Shown here piece by piece: positions 53,365 to 64,000 of a stretch of 64,000 nucleotides of DNA (the stretch's first letter is position 1; each line of letters opens with the position of its first letter). The notes under the pieces are model-generated. The model saw only the letters and a list, made by a program, of their open reading frames with translations, ran no database searches and had not been told where the DNA came from. This DNA is from Takakia lepidozioides (Eukaryota; Plantae; Bryophyta), in contig CM060732.1 in NCBI GenBank assembly GCA_030704615.1, positions 17,236,001-17,300,000 on the forward strand, in the 5' to 3' direction. Position numbers and translations under genes: made by a program.

Positions 53365-56300
53365 CTACACATGTGTTGTATCCCGCTGCAATAGAGTTTC
53401 GACCTCGTTGAAACTCATAGTGGCCTGGTGAATGAAGTTGTCACGTTTGGGATTGCAAACCATCCTCTTCAAAAATATGAAATACAAATGTTTGCAGGGT
53501 ATGAATTTACCTCTCTTGCCCAAACTGGTTGATAGCATATTCACAAAATCAGGACATGTGCAATTGGGGAAATTGGAAACCGTGATGTCGTAGGTCTTGT
53601 CATGAACAGCAGATGTGGAAGTGATGATTGTGAATACCCGACCATATCCTGGATTGGGTACTGTGGTGGTGCTTCCAAAACGAGCTTGGAGCATTCTTGC
53701 GGACTCCACTTTGCCAAAGTGTTCAGCGGTTGGAGGGAAACGCCGAACGAGCTTTCCATCTCGTTTGGTTGGCCACAAGTCAGGATTTGCCGGGGGGACC
53801 CGGAGGACGCAGAAGTAGTAGCACATGCATGGAGTTGGGGTTGTCTCGCAAGGGAAAGCCTGCCTCCCCAGCATTTCAATCTCCTGAAATCTGAGATGTG
53901 TTCCCACCTTCATGGGCCAAACGGTTGGAGGAGATGGCTACATCACTACGGAAGGACGCACAGTTCCATGCACACATCTGGCACAATCATCTGCGCAGAA
54001 CCAGAACTTGTGGTTCTTGGCTTCTGGTTGACCGTATGGACGCATCAAACCCGTGAAAGTCGGAGCAGGAGTTCGGGCACCACCTCTGGATATAGATGAA
54101 GTGCACTTCTCGAAATTAGTTGCCCTGATCGCTGTACATTTCACACGAGACCCTACACTTGTGCGTTCTATGTGTCAAACGTGGTCGGGGCATGCGGTCT
54201 CAAGCACATCAAGGGGGTTGTTTTCTCTCTGCACCATTTCAGTTGCATTGTTTGATGCTGGAGCTTGCCGTCGTGTTGGAGGTTCCTCCAGAATGGAGGT
54301 TCCGGACATGGAGCTGTCATGCAGGGGAATACGAGGCTTCGAGAAGTTATCATGGTCTGCCCTGTGCGAATCGGAATCCAAACCAGGTGGAGTGTTCAAT
54401 TTCCTCTTACAGGAGCCGAATCTCTCCTCCCCTTCAAGATGTGGAACTCTAGAAACAAGTGGCGTTCCCTGGGCATATATGCTCACCGCCCGTGCTATCT
54501 TGATTGGATCCCTAGATCTGTTTGTAGCACGCAACATCAACTCCCATTTGTCCGGACCCTTGCCACCAACCCCACCTCGCAAGAAATCACGGTATCGGGT
54601 TTGTTGTTGCAAGGCACGTATCAAATCATCTGTTGTTGCCACATACAAATCCCGACCTCGTTTCCCAGACTGCTGCAACCATGCGTTGTGCACAGTTTCT
54701 GCCAAATTGCAAGATGGCATGTCCGCCATTTCCTCAATGGACATGTTCTGGAGAACCACACTTCAAAACAGTGAACAAGAGACAACATAAAGAAAGCGAA
54801 GAGACAATAAAATGGAAAGTAAATGTATGAATAAAGCAAGAAATAAGCCTCGTACCACTGCCATGGGCTGCTCCCATTGTCTATACCGGAAGTGCCAAAA
54901 TGCCAGCCAATCTTCCAATGCTCTCATACTCTTAAGTGATGCAGCTCCAGAAGAGAACCACCAGGCACAAATTGTCTGGAACAAAGTGTCCGCCTCCTTC
55001 ATTGTTCTAGCATCTTTGTACTCTTTGCACAATTTATGGTGCTGAGTCTGCATCTCTGGTTTGATGTCCAACTTTGTATGTTTTTCCAGAGATTGTGTCC
55101 AATGGAATAGACATGTACGCTCTCTTCCTCGCATTGGCACTTTTGGGTCGCCCGATCCGAAGACAATACGAACAGCATTGAATTTGCTTGAGCACTATCC
55201 ACCATGAAACCTGCGAATTTGGAGATGGCAGCCCATGACACGTATCAGGGAATTCCACATGAGCTTCTGGGATTCCGTATCCTCGGATTACATGTCACAA
55301 ACTGCAATTGTCATAACTCGTTGGTACACTGGATCGTAGACATGACAAGCCATTGTCGTCCAATCCTTCACTCGTTTCACATGATCAAACATACGAAAAC
55401 AGTTCTGCAAGTCCCCAGTCTTCTGCATCCGCTTCACGAGGCTAACCCCACTGCCCTCCCAACAGTCGACATTTTGAAAAGAAAAACTTTGATGGCACCT
55501 TGACCTGGGAATACTTGTCCTGGATGTAATCGTACTTGCTCACTCGTTTCAACTCCAAAATGTTGTCTATGTAGCCTCTAATACCAGAGCCCATTCTTAA
55601 TGCATTGATCTGATGCCGAATGTTAGGTGAACTCAAAGTGGAGAAATGATCCATGACCAGGTCCAATGTTGCACCGTCAAGTTTAGTCCCCACAGAATCC
55701 CCTTCACTCAAAATATGGCTTTCCAAGAAGGACTTGTTTGCGCCAAGAGCAATTGCGGATGGGTTTCTCCCAAACTTCTGTTTAATCAACCTCGATACTG
55801 TCTCAACACTCTCCCTGTAATCCCCTTCGAGACAGGATGGTTATGGAATCCGAACTCTTGTCATTGTTTTCAAACGGTGGACAACATAGTACATTCTTGC
55901 TCCGCAGAGTGCCAAGCAGGATGGCACAAGTTTGCAGAATTTGCAGACGAAAGTATTTGCCGGTGTGGGGCAGTCCCAGGCTGAAATGGATTTTCCGCCA
56001 GACCTTCCATTCGCTTTGATTATGAACCCCAGACTGAAGAAGTGTCTGCAACTCAAATTATCACACCTAAGGTGTCCATTGAATTGTTCTCCTGAAAACA
56101 AGCTTGTCATCATTCTGAATATTGGATGTTTTTGTTCTGCACCATCACGGGTGCCCGTCGTGTTTCTTGTCCATTCCATGCATCATGATTGTTACACCTC
56201 CAACTCGCGGAGGAGGAGGCAGCTCGAATAGGATATCGCCATCAAAAGTCTCTGGCAAGAACTTCACAGGCACCTGCTTCAAAGATTCCCAATCAATTCC

Positions 56301-56750
56301 TCGCAACTCACTTTTGAATCCAGCCATTCCTCCATCGCCCGTAGTTTTGGAATGACACTACAAATCTCTTCTTCATCAGCTTCTCCAACCACAGTAGGAA
56401 GGACTGGATTTGGAATTTCACTTATGTCATCATCGGACGAATCCGAAAGCTCAACGATTGGAGTGGAGGACGTCTGTTCTTTTTCACCACCACCTCCCTC
56501 TTGTCTTCAACGACCGAAGCAGCAGTCCCGGGCGTCACATATGACCCAAGGGACTTTCGCCGAGGCTCTCCAAGTACTCTGTATCGACCAGGGCGCACTC
56601 TCCACTGGCTGACATAGCCGTCTCATCACGGTTTTGGAAAGAGTATTTCAACACTTCCCTTTCAAATCGTACACCTCTTTCTCCAAAAGATGGAGCCATT
56701 CTGAAGCTGAAAACGGGTAGCCAAGACATGTTCCAGAACAATTGCAAATC
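53365..56750 (-). pseudogene. MULE-type transposase of C (GCM-like, DDE, SWIM), frameshifted
   Basis: MDKKHDGHP, MFDHVKRV, FMVDSAQAN, CLFHWTQS, CNLAETVHNAW, CTCPDF..CKHLYF. Confidence 0.85.
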
Positions 56751-57679
56751 CATTGTCAAGGACTTCCTGGGAGAACGGCACTGGTTTGTCGTCAGAGAAG
56801 AACTCCGCTTCAGAGGAAGCATCTTCCTTCCTCGCGTACGTTTGATACCTTGCTATCGCAGACCTTCAGTGTAAATCGGTTTACTGATGTCTCCAGAACA
56901 CAGTTGAAGAATGAGCAGAGAATATGGCGGAGGAAGCTCAGACGACGACTGTGCATATTCTGTTATTCCTTCCAGATATGCAGCCGTCCATTTTAATTAC
57001 TTTTCTTGTGGGCCCAGTGGTCAGAGTATCCCTAGGAGCAATGTCGGCAGCTGTTAAACCGTTAATCAGAACCTCATCAATAAACACAATAACAAGCCGA
57101 CTTCCTGGAAGCATGCCACAGGATCTGAGGGTGGGATTGCAGATTAAGTAAATGTATCTTTATACTACTACCAATGATCATGCGCACCTGGAAAGTTCAA
57201 AATGTGAAACGAACGTGGGTTGGCTAACAAGGATGAACGTGTATGATATCCCAAAATTTGTCATCAAACTCTCGTTCATTTACATATATTTGTCTAAGAC
57301 TGTGCGCCAAGATTTCTGGGATTCGCTGTTATTTTTAAATATTGAAACCGTTCTAATAAAGAACACGCCGTTATTTTGGGCGACACACGTCAGACATCGA
57401 TAACTGAATACGAACAGCTGTACACTAATTGCTGGCATGTGCACTAATAAGGGAACGACTATGTGTAACGGTCACGCGAGAGGGAATCCGATGCTTCTAG
57501 AGACAAGCAACAACGCACGCAATCCCGCAAGAAATCGGGAGTCACTTCGTTTTTCTACTTTTCGCGCTTAGAGGGAGAGTGGTAGTCAAGCTGGAGAGGG
57601 TTCCTTCTACAATACGAAAGAGAAGAAAGTCTCTTTATTTTACTTCCCTTAGAGAGAGACGCAGAGCAAGAGAGCAAAT

Positions 57680-59942
57680 GACGAGGCGTCGTTTGTTGGA
57701 GAACACAGGGCCAAGGCAGCAGGTGAACGCGGAGACATCACAAGAGCAGACCGAGACTGAGCAGCGGCTGTGACACAGTCGGCGATAACAGTGCGCGTTG
57801 GAAACCAGCCTGTGGATGCAGAGATGACTCGCAGGGAAACTGAAGGAGGTGGAAGTACGAGGAACGAAACCGGAGAAGGTCCAGAAACCCTAGAGCAGAC
57901 AAAAATTCCAGCAGATGTGAGAGGGAAGAGGAAAGCTGCAGAAGGGATCCAATTTCAAAACCTAAGAAGGCGCCAATAAGTTTTTCTAACTTACATTTCA
58001 TTGTTGAAGATCTGCGTAGAGATTGAGTGGAATGTCCCAGAAAGGGATTGTCGCTACCGACCATCACCATGAAACAACGGTGATTTGCTTTCTACTCCTC
58101 TGTTAAGGGTTTACCGCACAATGAGTGGGTGACTGACGGTACCGTCATTCACTGTTGTTCAGATCATACAGTCTGTCTGATGCCTTTCAAGCAGTCCTTC
58201 CTCTTCCCTTCTTTAGCAGGAACATGTGATTGAAGTCTACTGAATTGCGAGCGTCGTTAACGCCATTCGATTCTCCTCATGAGATTTATGTACCTTGTGT
58301 TTGAAGAGAGAGTGAGGGTCGCATATTCAGTCATTATTGTTTTGCAATGCATTTTCTTTGTTTGAGGTTGAACAGATAGAGAAGTGGAAAGGCGGTACCG
58401 CAATCAAAGATTTGAAGACCATACTGTAGATTCAGTAGAGTATCGATTGGAAAGTACTCTTGACATAGACAAGAAACAGTGAATGCTTGCGATGTTCATC
58501 TCAATGGAGTCAATCTTACTAATCTGCACTACTGTCCGCCGTAAACTATACTGAATGTCGTTGCCGCCAATCACTTACACATACATGTCATTGCACAACA
58601 CCGATCCGGCAGGTCCCACTCTTTTGTGATTGTCGTTAACGCCGTTCGCTCTTGCTCAAAACCTTTCTGTTCCTATGTCCCTAGAACCATAGTGTTTTGT
58701 TGTGAATTTGGCAGGATCAGCTTTGCTTGTGTAGATGGTTCGGAATTTGTTTCACACCATTCATTGTTGAGACGAAACAGAGTGATGGTCGTTACCGCCG
58801 TTCACTATTTGCACATTACTCAATCAGATTTGAATGGCATCGTGCAGAAAACTGTGAGGTCCAAGCCTACAGGATCAGAGGGGAAAGCACATTAGTGTCT
58901 CCAGAGATCAGTGATACCTGGGATGAGTTCTGGAAAGATGCTAATTGGGAGTTTGAGCTGGGCCTCATGATGGGAAAGAACACCCAGCAATTTTGCAACC
59001 ACATGTTCTACGTCTGGGACGGCAACCACGATTGCTGGCATGGATGGGATACATTCAGAAACACCATGCGAAAGACAAAGACAAGCATGTTGTTGTGGAG
59101 GCAATGGTTTTGGATCCTGGAAACGACATCGTTAGGCTTCTTACAACTATGCACGACGTGAACAAGTAAGTCATCCTAGAGACTTCATTCCCTCTGTAGT
59201 GTCTTGTTAATCCCAAAAAAACAGTGTTAATGAATGCAATGTTTCCAATGGTTTTTGCAGATCGACAGAGAAATCGCATGTGACAACAAGCTTGGTCCCA
59301 CACTATTCCGAATTCAGAGGATTGGTCTGATGAAGCTGGATGATTTTCGGACAGTACTCCCCCAATATAATCAAGAAGTGCGAAACAGGAAGAGCTGCCG
59401 GCACTTGGTATTCTTTGACTCGAGAGGCGTTTTTGGAGTACATGTATGCGGTAAGCCCGAGTCTGTACTCAGTTTACTTTTCGAATACATGTTTGTAGTT
59501 CCTTTGGTGCTAATCACTATTTGAATCAATGGAGCAAGAACTGGCAGAGGCAGCTGAGAAGGGAAAATCCGAATATTACCGCACTACACCAGAGGAACTA
59601 AGGACATCAAAGGGTGTGGAAGTAGCAATAAAAAATGAGTTTGAAATGCGAAGAACCAAATTGATGTCCGCCTTCGGAAAGCAGCTTAGAATAGTAGATC
59701 CTGGACTTGGTTCTGAGTTCCTTCAGCAAATCAAATCTCACTATGACAGCATTGCATCCGGAGATGCAGCAGGAGAAATTGCACCGGCTGGCCATCCATG
59801 GTCGACCCACAAACAAATAAGGGGCTGGAGATATGGAACTCAGATCAGACAGTAAAGGACTTGAATCAGTTCCCAAAGAGCACCATACAGCCTGGCACAA
59901 AGGTGAATCAGTGATTTGGTGTTTGATAACTGGCTCCACAAG
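57680..59942 (+). pseudogene. ParB-like accessory gene of C, 5' part, cut by element E
   Basis: HMFYVWDGNH(R)LLAWM at ~59000-59046 (1-nt frameshift). LRIVDPGLGSEFLQQIKSHY compares with VAIADPALGADFLVEVGKHY in A. Confidence 0.75.
58044..58805. repeat. Dispersed degenerate 24-bp palindromes of C
   Basis: About 7 copies near 58044, 58129, 58247, 58384, 58551, 58626 and 58782. Best copy is GTGACTGACGGTACCGTCATTCAC. Confidence 0.6.
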
Positions 59943-60149
59943 GGAGGCTGCTATTTCATGAGCGGCGTGAGCATGAGCGGAAAAAAAAAAAAGCATGAGC
60001 GGGCCATTGTGTGTCCACGGAAATAGGGTTAGGAGGCACGGAAATAGGGTCATGTGGACTCGTCATAGCAATGAAATGCAACATTTTATTGCAAATTTGG
60101 TGGCAAGCCACGTCTATACAAGTGTGTCCTAACTGTCATAGCAGGAATG

Positions 60150-62460
60150 GGAACCTCTCTACTACACCCTCCGAGGAACTTGCCCCTCCTTCTTCCTCAT
60201 CCCCCTATCCCCCCCCATCCTCCGAGCTCTGTGATGCATCGGTTGCACTATGCCTCTCAAAAATTCCGTCCTCTCCTTGGGGGACTGTCCACCTCACCTC
60301 CTGGGAATCTTCTGCCTCTTCTCCCCACTTTCCTCAGCAGAATCCAAGACAAATCTACGAGCCCGACGGCTCTAATAGCTGCTGCCTCCTCCCTCATCTT
60401 CATTTTCTTGAGGCTTGCCTCGTCTAAAATCTGTTGTACACGACTAGGTTCGGAAGACCTCCTAATGGACACCGAAGCAAGCCGGGCAGCATAAGTAGGA
60501 AGGATGTACTCCCTTTCTGGACTAGGCATGAATCCCCCCTGGCAAAAAAAGGCACGTTCCTCCTGCCCATGAACTCCGGTGTAGACGTCCCTCCTGCAGT
60601 ACTTGGCATCCTACAGTAAGAACAAATCCACTTCGAGGATGTCAATACCAGCACAAGCAGAAAGGGTCTTTCAATGAAATAAAAGAGTGAAGGGGGGTGC
60701 CTCACAAAATCAGGAGGCAACTTACAATGCGACCACTCACTCGTAAACCGGGGGCTCCTCGGCCTCGATCCCAACTTGTTCCTCCCCCTGCTCCTTCTCG
60801 GATTTTGCCTCATCCTCCGAGGATGCCTCTTCCTCTTTTGGCAGACGTTCAGCCGCTGCAAGTTCTGAGATGTGGAGGGCAATATCTGGCTCGAAGGCAA
60901 ACACATGCCTGTCGGACAACGTCCCTGCCCACATTGAAGCACCTGAGGAACAAAGCGGGCGATTAATAGCTTGCGGCATGCAAATTGCAATCGGGCCAGG
61001 GGACAAACTGAGCACGTGAAGGCTTACCCGTGCCGCATGTGAGGTCAAGAATCCACCCTTGGACATCCGAGCACGTCTCCATGAGGGTTTGGATGAAAGC
61101 TGTACCGCCACGGTTTGCCTGTCTTTGTGTCCTTCGGCATACTGGAGTGGGGCACATAATTGTAGAGGACATCGTAGGTAACAGGGTCCACAGCGGCATC
61201 AACAAGACGACCGTCGTTGCAGAATTTGAACGTAGACCCTCTCTTCACAAAGCAATATGCCTCAAACACCAATGTTTGCACATCCAACAAAAGAGGGATC
61301 AACTCCGGGATCTAGTTTAGATACACCACAATATGAGGTGAATGCAATAGATGATAACTTACACTTTGGCCTCTGTTCGCAACCCCTGTGTATTGATGCA
61401 AAACCATTTTCTGAGGAGGACCGGGGTGACACTTTTCGGTGTCCATCTTGCCACAGCATTCTCTGTGGTCTTCCCTCTTGAGGCAAGGACAACCACACAT
61501 CCACCGTCATCCAGGAGCATCCCCGCCAGCCCAAACCCGGCTTTCCAGTAGTCCTCAGTAAACCTGTTCCAGGTGGGCACACCATCCAGGCCCTCCAGCA
61601 GCTCCCCATCTGGAATGTCGAGGAGAATCATATCACAAGCTCTCTCCACCTCCCCCCCCCGAGTGCTCTTTGCAATCCATGCTCACAGCCGTGAAGAATT
61701 CCATCATGGCTTCCAACCAGGGGTGTCTTTAGGCTCTGTACGGCAGCCCTCTTCTTGGCTTTCCCCTTCTGCTCCTCCAGAGACTTGCTGTGTGCCACCT
61801 TCTTCGCCCTAGCAGCCAAGGAAGCTCTCATGGTTGGGGGTTCTAGCTTTGGCCTGTGCGTAAACGTCACCGCCGAATACCGCCGTGTAGGCTCGCCCTC
61901 AAATGCCAACTTCTTGGCAGAGCCAGTCCCACTCCGAGCTGACTTGGGAACCCGGACGACCGGTGACTTGGTAGCAGCAGCAGCAGTCGCAGGACCTTGA
62001 ACAAAGTCGTCGTCGGAGTCACTCCCTTGGGTCCCCTCGTGCGCCTCCTCCGGTGCCCCGATAGTTTTCTGTTTTTTGGGGGTTACTGTACTCCCCTGTT
62101 TCCGTGTCCTTTTCTTTTGGCCTTTATTCTTCTCATTCAATTTCTCCTGAATTCCTGCCCGAGCAAGCTCTGCCGCTTTCCTGGAGTTCGCAAGCGCTTT
62201 TGCCTCCTTTGGACCCAGCGGAGGCAGCGGAGCCCGGTTTCCTCGGGCCTCAGCATCCAGCTTCAATTGAAACTCGGATGGGTCGAGCGAGCCGGGCGGA
62301 AGGTCCACATACCAAGGGCAATCACGCAAATGTTCCAGATGCCACTCCTTCACAATAACGTCAGTGTACATGGAGTCAGCCCCAGGGTTCCTCCATGCCA
62401 GGAAGAATGGTGGCTCGAAGGATAGATGACCTTTCTCCAAAAGGGAGAACTTGCAGTACC
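60150..62460 (-). pseudogene. 3' half of the ParB-MTase-like gene in E (MTase-like domain)
   Basis: ACDMILLDIPDGELLEGLDGVPTWN, AFIQTLMETCSDVQGWILDLTCGTG, DRHVFAFEPD. Confidence 0.8.
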
Positions 62461-62483
62461 TGCATTCATGAAAAACACAGAGG

Positions 62484-64000
62484 ATGTTAACAGACATGGA
62501 TCGAAAGCATGACGGACACCCCTGGTGTGTGACGAAGACCAGTAGCACGAAAATTGCTGATGGTGTTCGTGTACGATATGTCCTCTGTGCGGGGAAGCTG
62601 AGGTGCCTCAATCCCACCTGCTTCCACTTTCTCTCCAAAGGAGGGCGGAGAAACGAGACGGATTGGACTGGCACAACGCATCATCCATTCATTGTCTCCA
62701 GCCAAGCTCCTGCGGGTTCTTTCAAGTGTGCACATTGCAAAGAACCACCGACGTGCATGTCCATGTGCAGAGCCAAGCAATATTACGTTATCCATTTGCT
62801 CCCGGACTTGACTAGAGCTTGCATACACGTTGGGGTCCACTGCCACCCCTTGGCGAGAGGCAACATGCGTGAGGCTGTGCAGGAAGCACACGACATCATA
62901 AAAGAGGAGGTGAAATTGAGCCCCGGAGCCAGACCAAAGCAGATTCAGCTGAAGGCAGCCCACAAGATTGCTCTTGGCAAAATCATGTCTGAAGATGGTT
63001 CCGACCGAGAGCCTTGACCGAAGACGAGATGTGACCTCTTGGAGTCCGTCTCGCACGTTTGTAGTCCAAATGTGCGGATCACATCGTATCTTGCAAGCAA
63101 GAGTTCGGCAGGGGTCGGACATGTACTCAATCCTGGAGGTGAAACGAATGACTGGATATGACTACATCCAAGGTAGCAGGTTTCCAGGGCAAGGCAGCGA
63201 ATCCGATCGTTGTTACATTTTCAAAATGTCGATGTGTGGGCCTGGGGAGGAGTCGACTTGGTCACTCGCATGACAACTGGAAACTTGTCGAATGCTTGGG
63301 TGATGTTTGATCACATCAAGCGAATTACAAACCATCAGTGGGTGACTATGGGTGCGCTGTTTATGACTATCACTCCAAGAGGCTCATGACGATTGCAATC
63401 TGCGAGATGAAAGGGGAGGACACACAGTCCGAGATGCATCTGTGGGGAGGGCATAAACGAGCAGATGGCAAGGGCGGATTGCCAGAGCCCAATTTCAGGG
63501 GATTATGGCAGACAACGCTCAGGCCAACTGGGCAGCGGTGCGGCGTGTGTACGGTGAGGACCCAATGTTCCAATGGAGGGGAAAGAGAGATCATGTGGAT
63601 TCCATTGGATGCAGAGTCTATCCCACTACACTACCAAATTTGTTGCTAGCTCATTCCAGGCTGAACACCGTGTCCTTTGTACGCGTGGAAGGATGCACCC
63701 ACATTGATGACGCGGAGGTTAAGTTTGCTATCATCGAGGCTTGGTGGAACACGTCAGGTGCAGTGGAGACAACCAATCTGGCAGCATTGCACAGCTGGTT
63801 GGTGGTGGCATTTTCGGTATCGACAGTTCGGACAGTACATGCGGAGGTAGGCTGCTGTCAATTTCGTTCATTTGTCTTTCTGTACGGACATTTCGATTGG
63901 TCCCTCACCATTGTTGTGTCTTCTAGGAGCGGTGCTTGGATTCCGACACGGACATGCCGAACACGAATATGGCAGAATCGGTCCACTCCTCCTGGCGAGC
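62484..64000 (+). pseudogene. MULE transposase fragment in E (GCM-like + DDE)
   Basis: MDRKHDGHPWCVTKT..CAHC, WVMFDHIKRI, MADNAQAN, CGFHW, TNMAESVHSSW. Confidence 0.85.

Larger units (their letters stand above)
44827..59942. mobile_element. MULE element C (diverged subfamily), interrupted by D and E; right end not in window
   Basis: Terminus CAACGACGCAATGGCGTGAGC at 44827 cuts the Gypsy RT. Contains CGTGAGC repeats and divergent transposase and ParB-like genes. Confidence 0.8.
59943..64000. mobile_element. MULE element E (A-like, opposite orientation, centre missing), runs off the window
   Basis: Terminus GGAGGCTGCTATTTCATGAGC at 59943. 59943-62476 closely matches the reverse complement of 33975-36561. 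Confidence 0.9.

Noticed and set aside
61628-62674. 348-aa ORF as a complete gene
   Set aside because: It crosses the deletion junction, and its N-terminus is antisense transposase sequence.

Overview
Eukaryotic, repeat-dense window, probably from a seed-free land plant (inferred from spliced genes, PLS-type PPR debris and an Athila-like Ty3/Gypsy). It holds one spliced host gene (EF-hand protein, ~6.2-10.5 kb), a rearranged LINE, two Ty3/Gypsy remnants and a Sola-like transposase split by an inversion. The main content is a nested stack of six pieces (A, C, D, E, F, G) of a Mutator (MULE)-type DNA transposon lineage with 21-bp termini and 9-bp TSDs. The complete copy A (22419-36561, TSD GCAACTAAG) has two divergent genes. 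One is a GCM-like zinc finger + DDE + SWIM transposase. The other is a spliced accessory gene with a ParB/Srx-like domain (VWDGNHR) and a beta-class N6A/N4C DNA-methyltransferase-like domain (DMILLDIPDG ... ILDLTCGTG). Three subfamilies (A/G, C, D) each carry arrays of their own palindrome between the genes or in introns of the accessory gene. Candidate new system: a transposon-encoded ParB-methyltransferase with parS-like palindromic arrays, possibly a self-marking or anti-silencing module. All domain calls are from motif recognition by eye; no searches were run. Many frameshifts fall in homopolymers and may be assembly errors.
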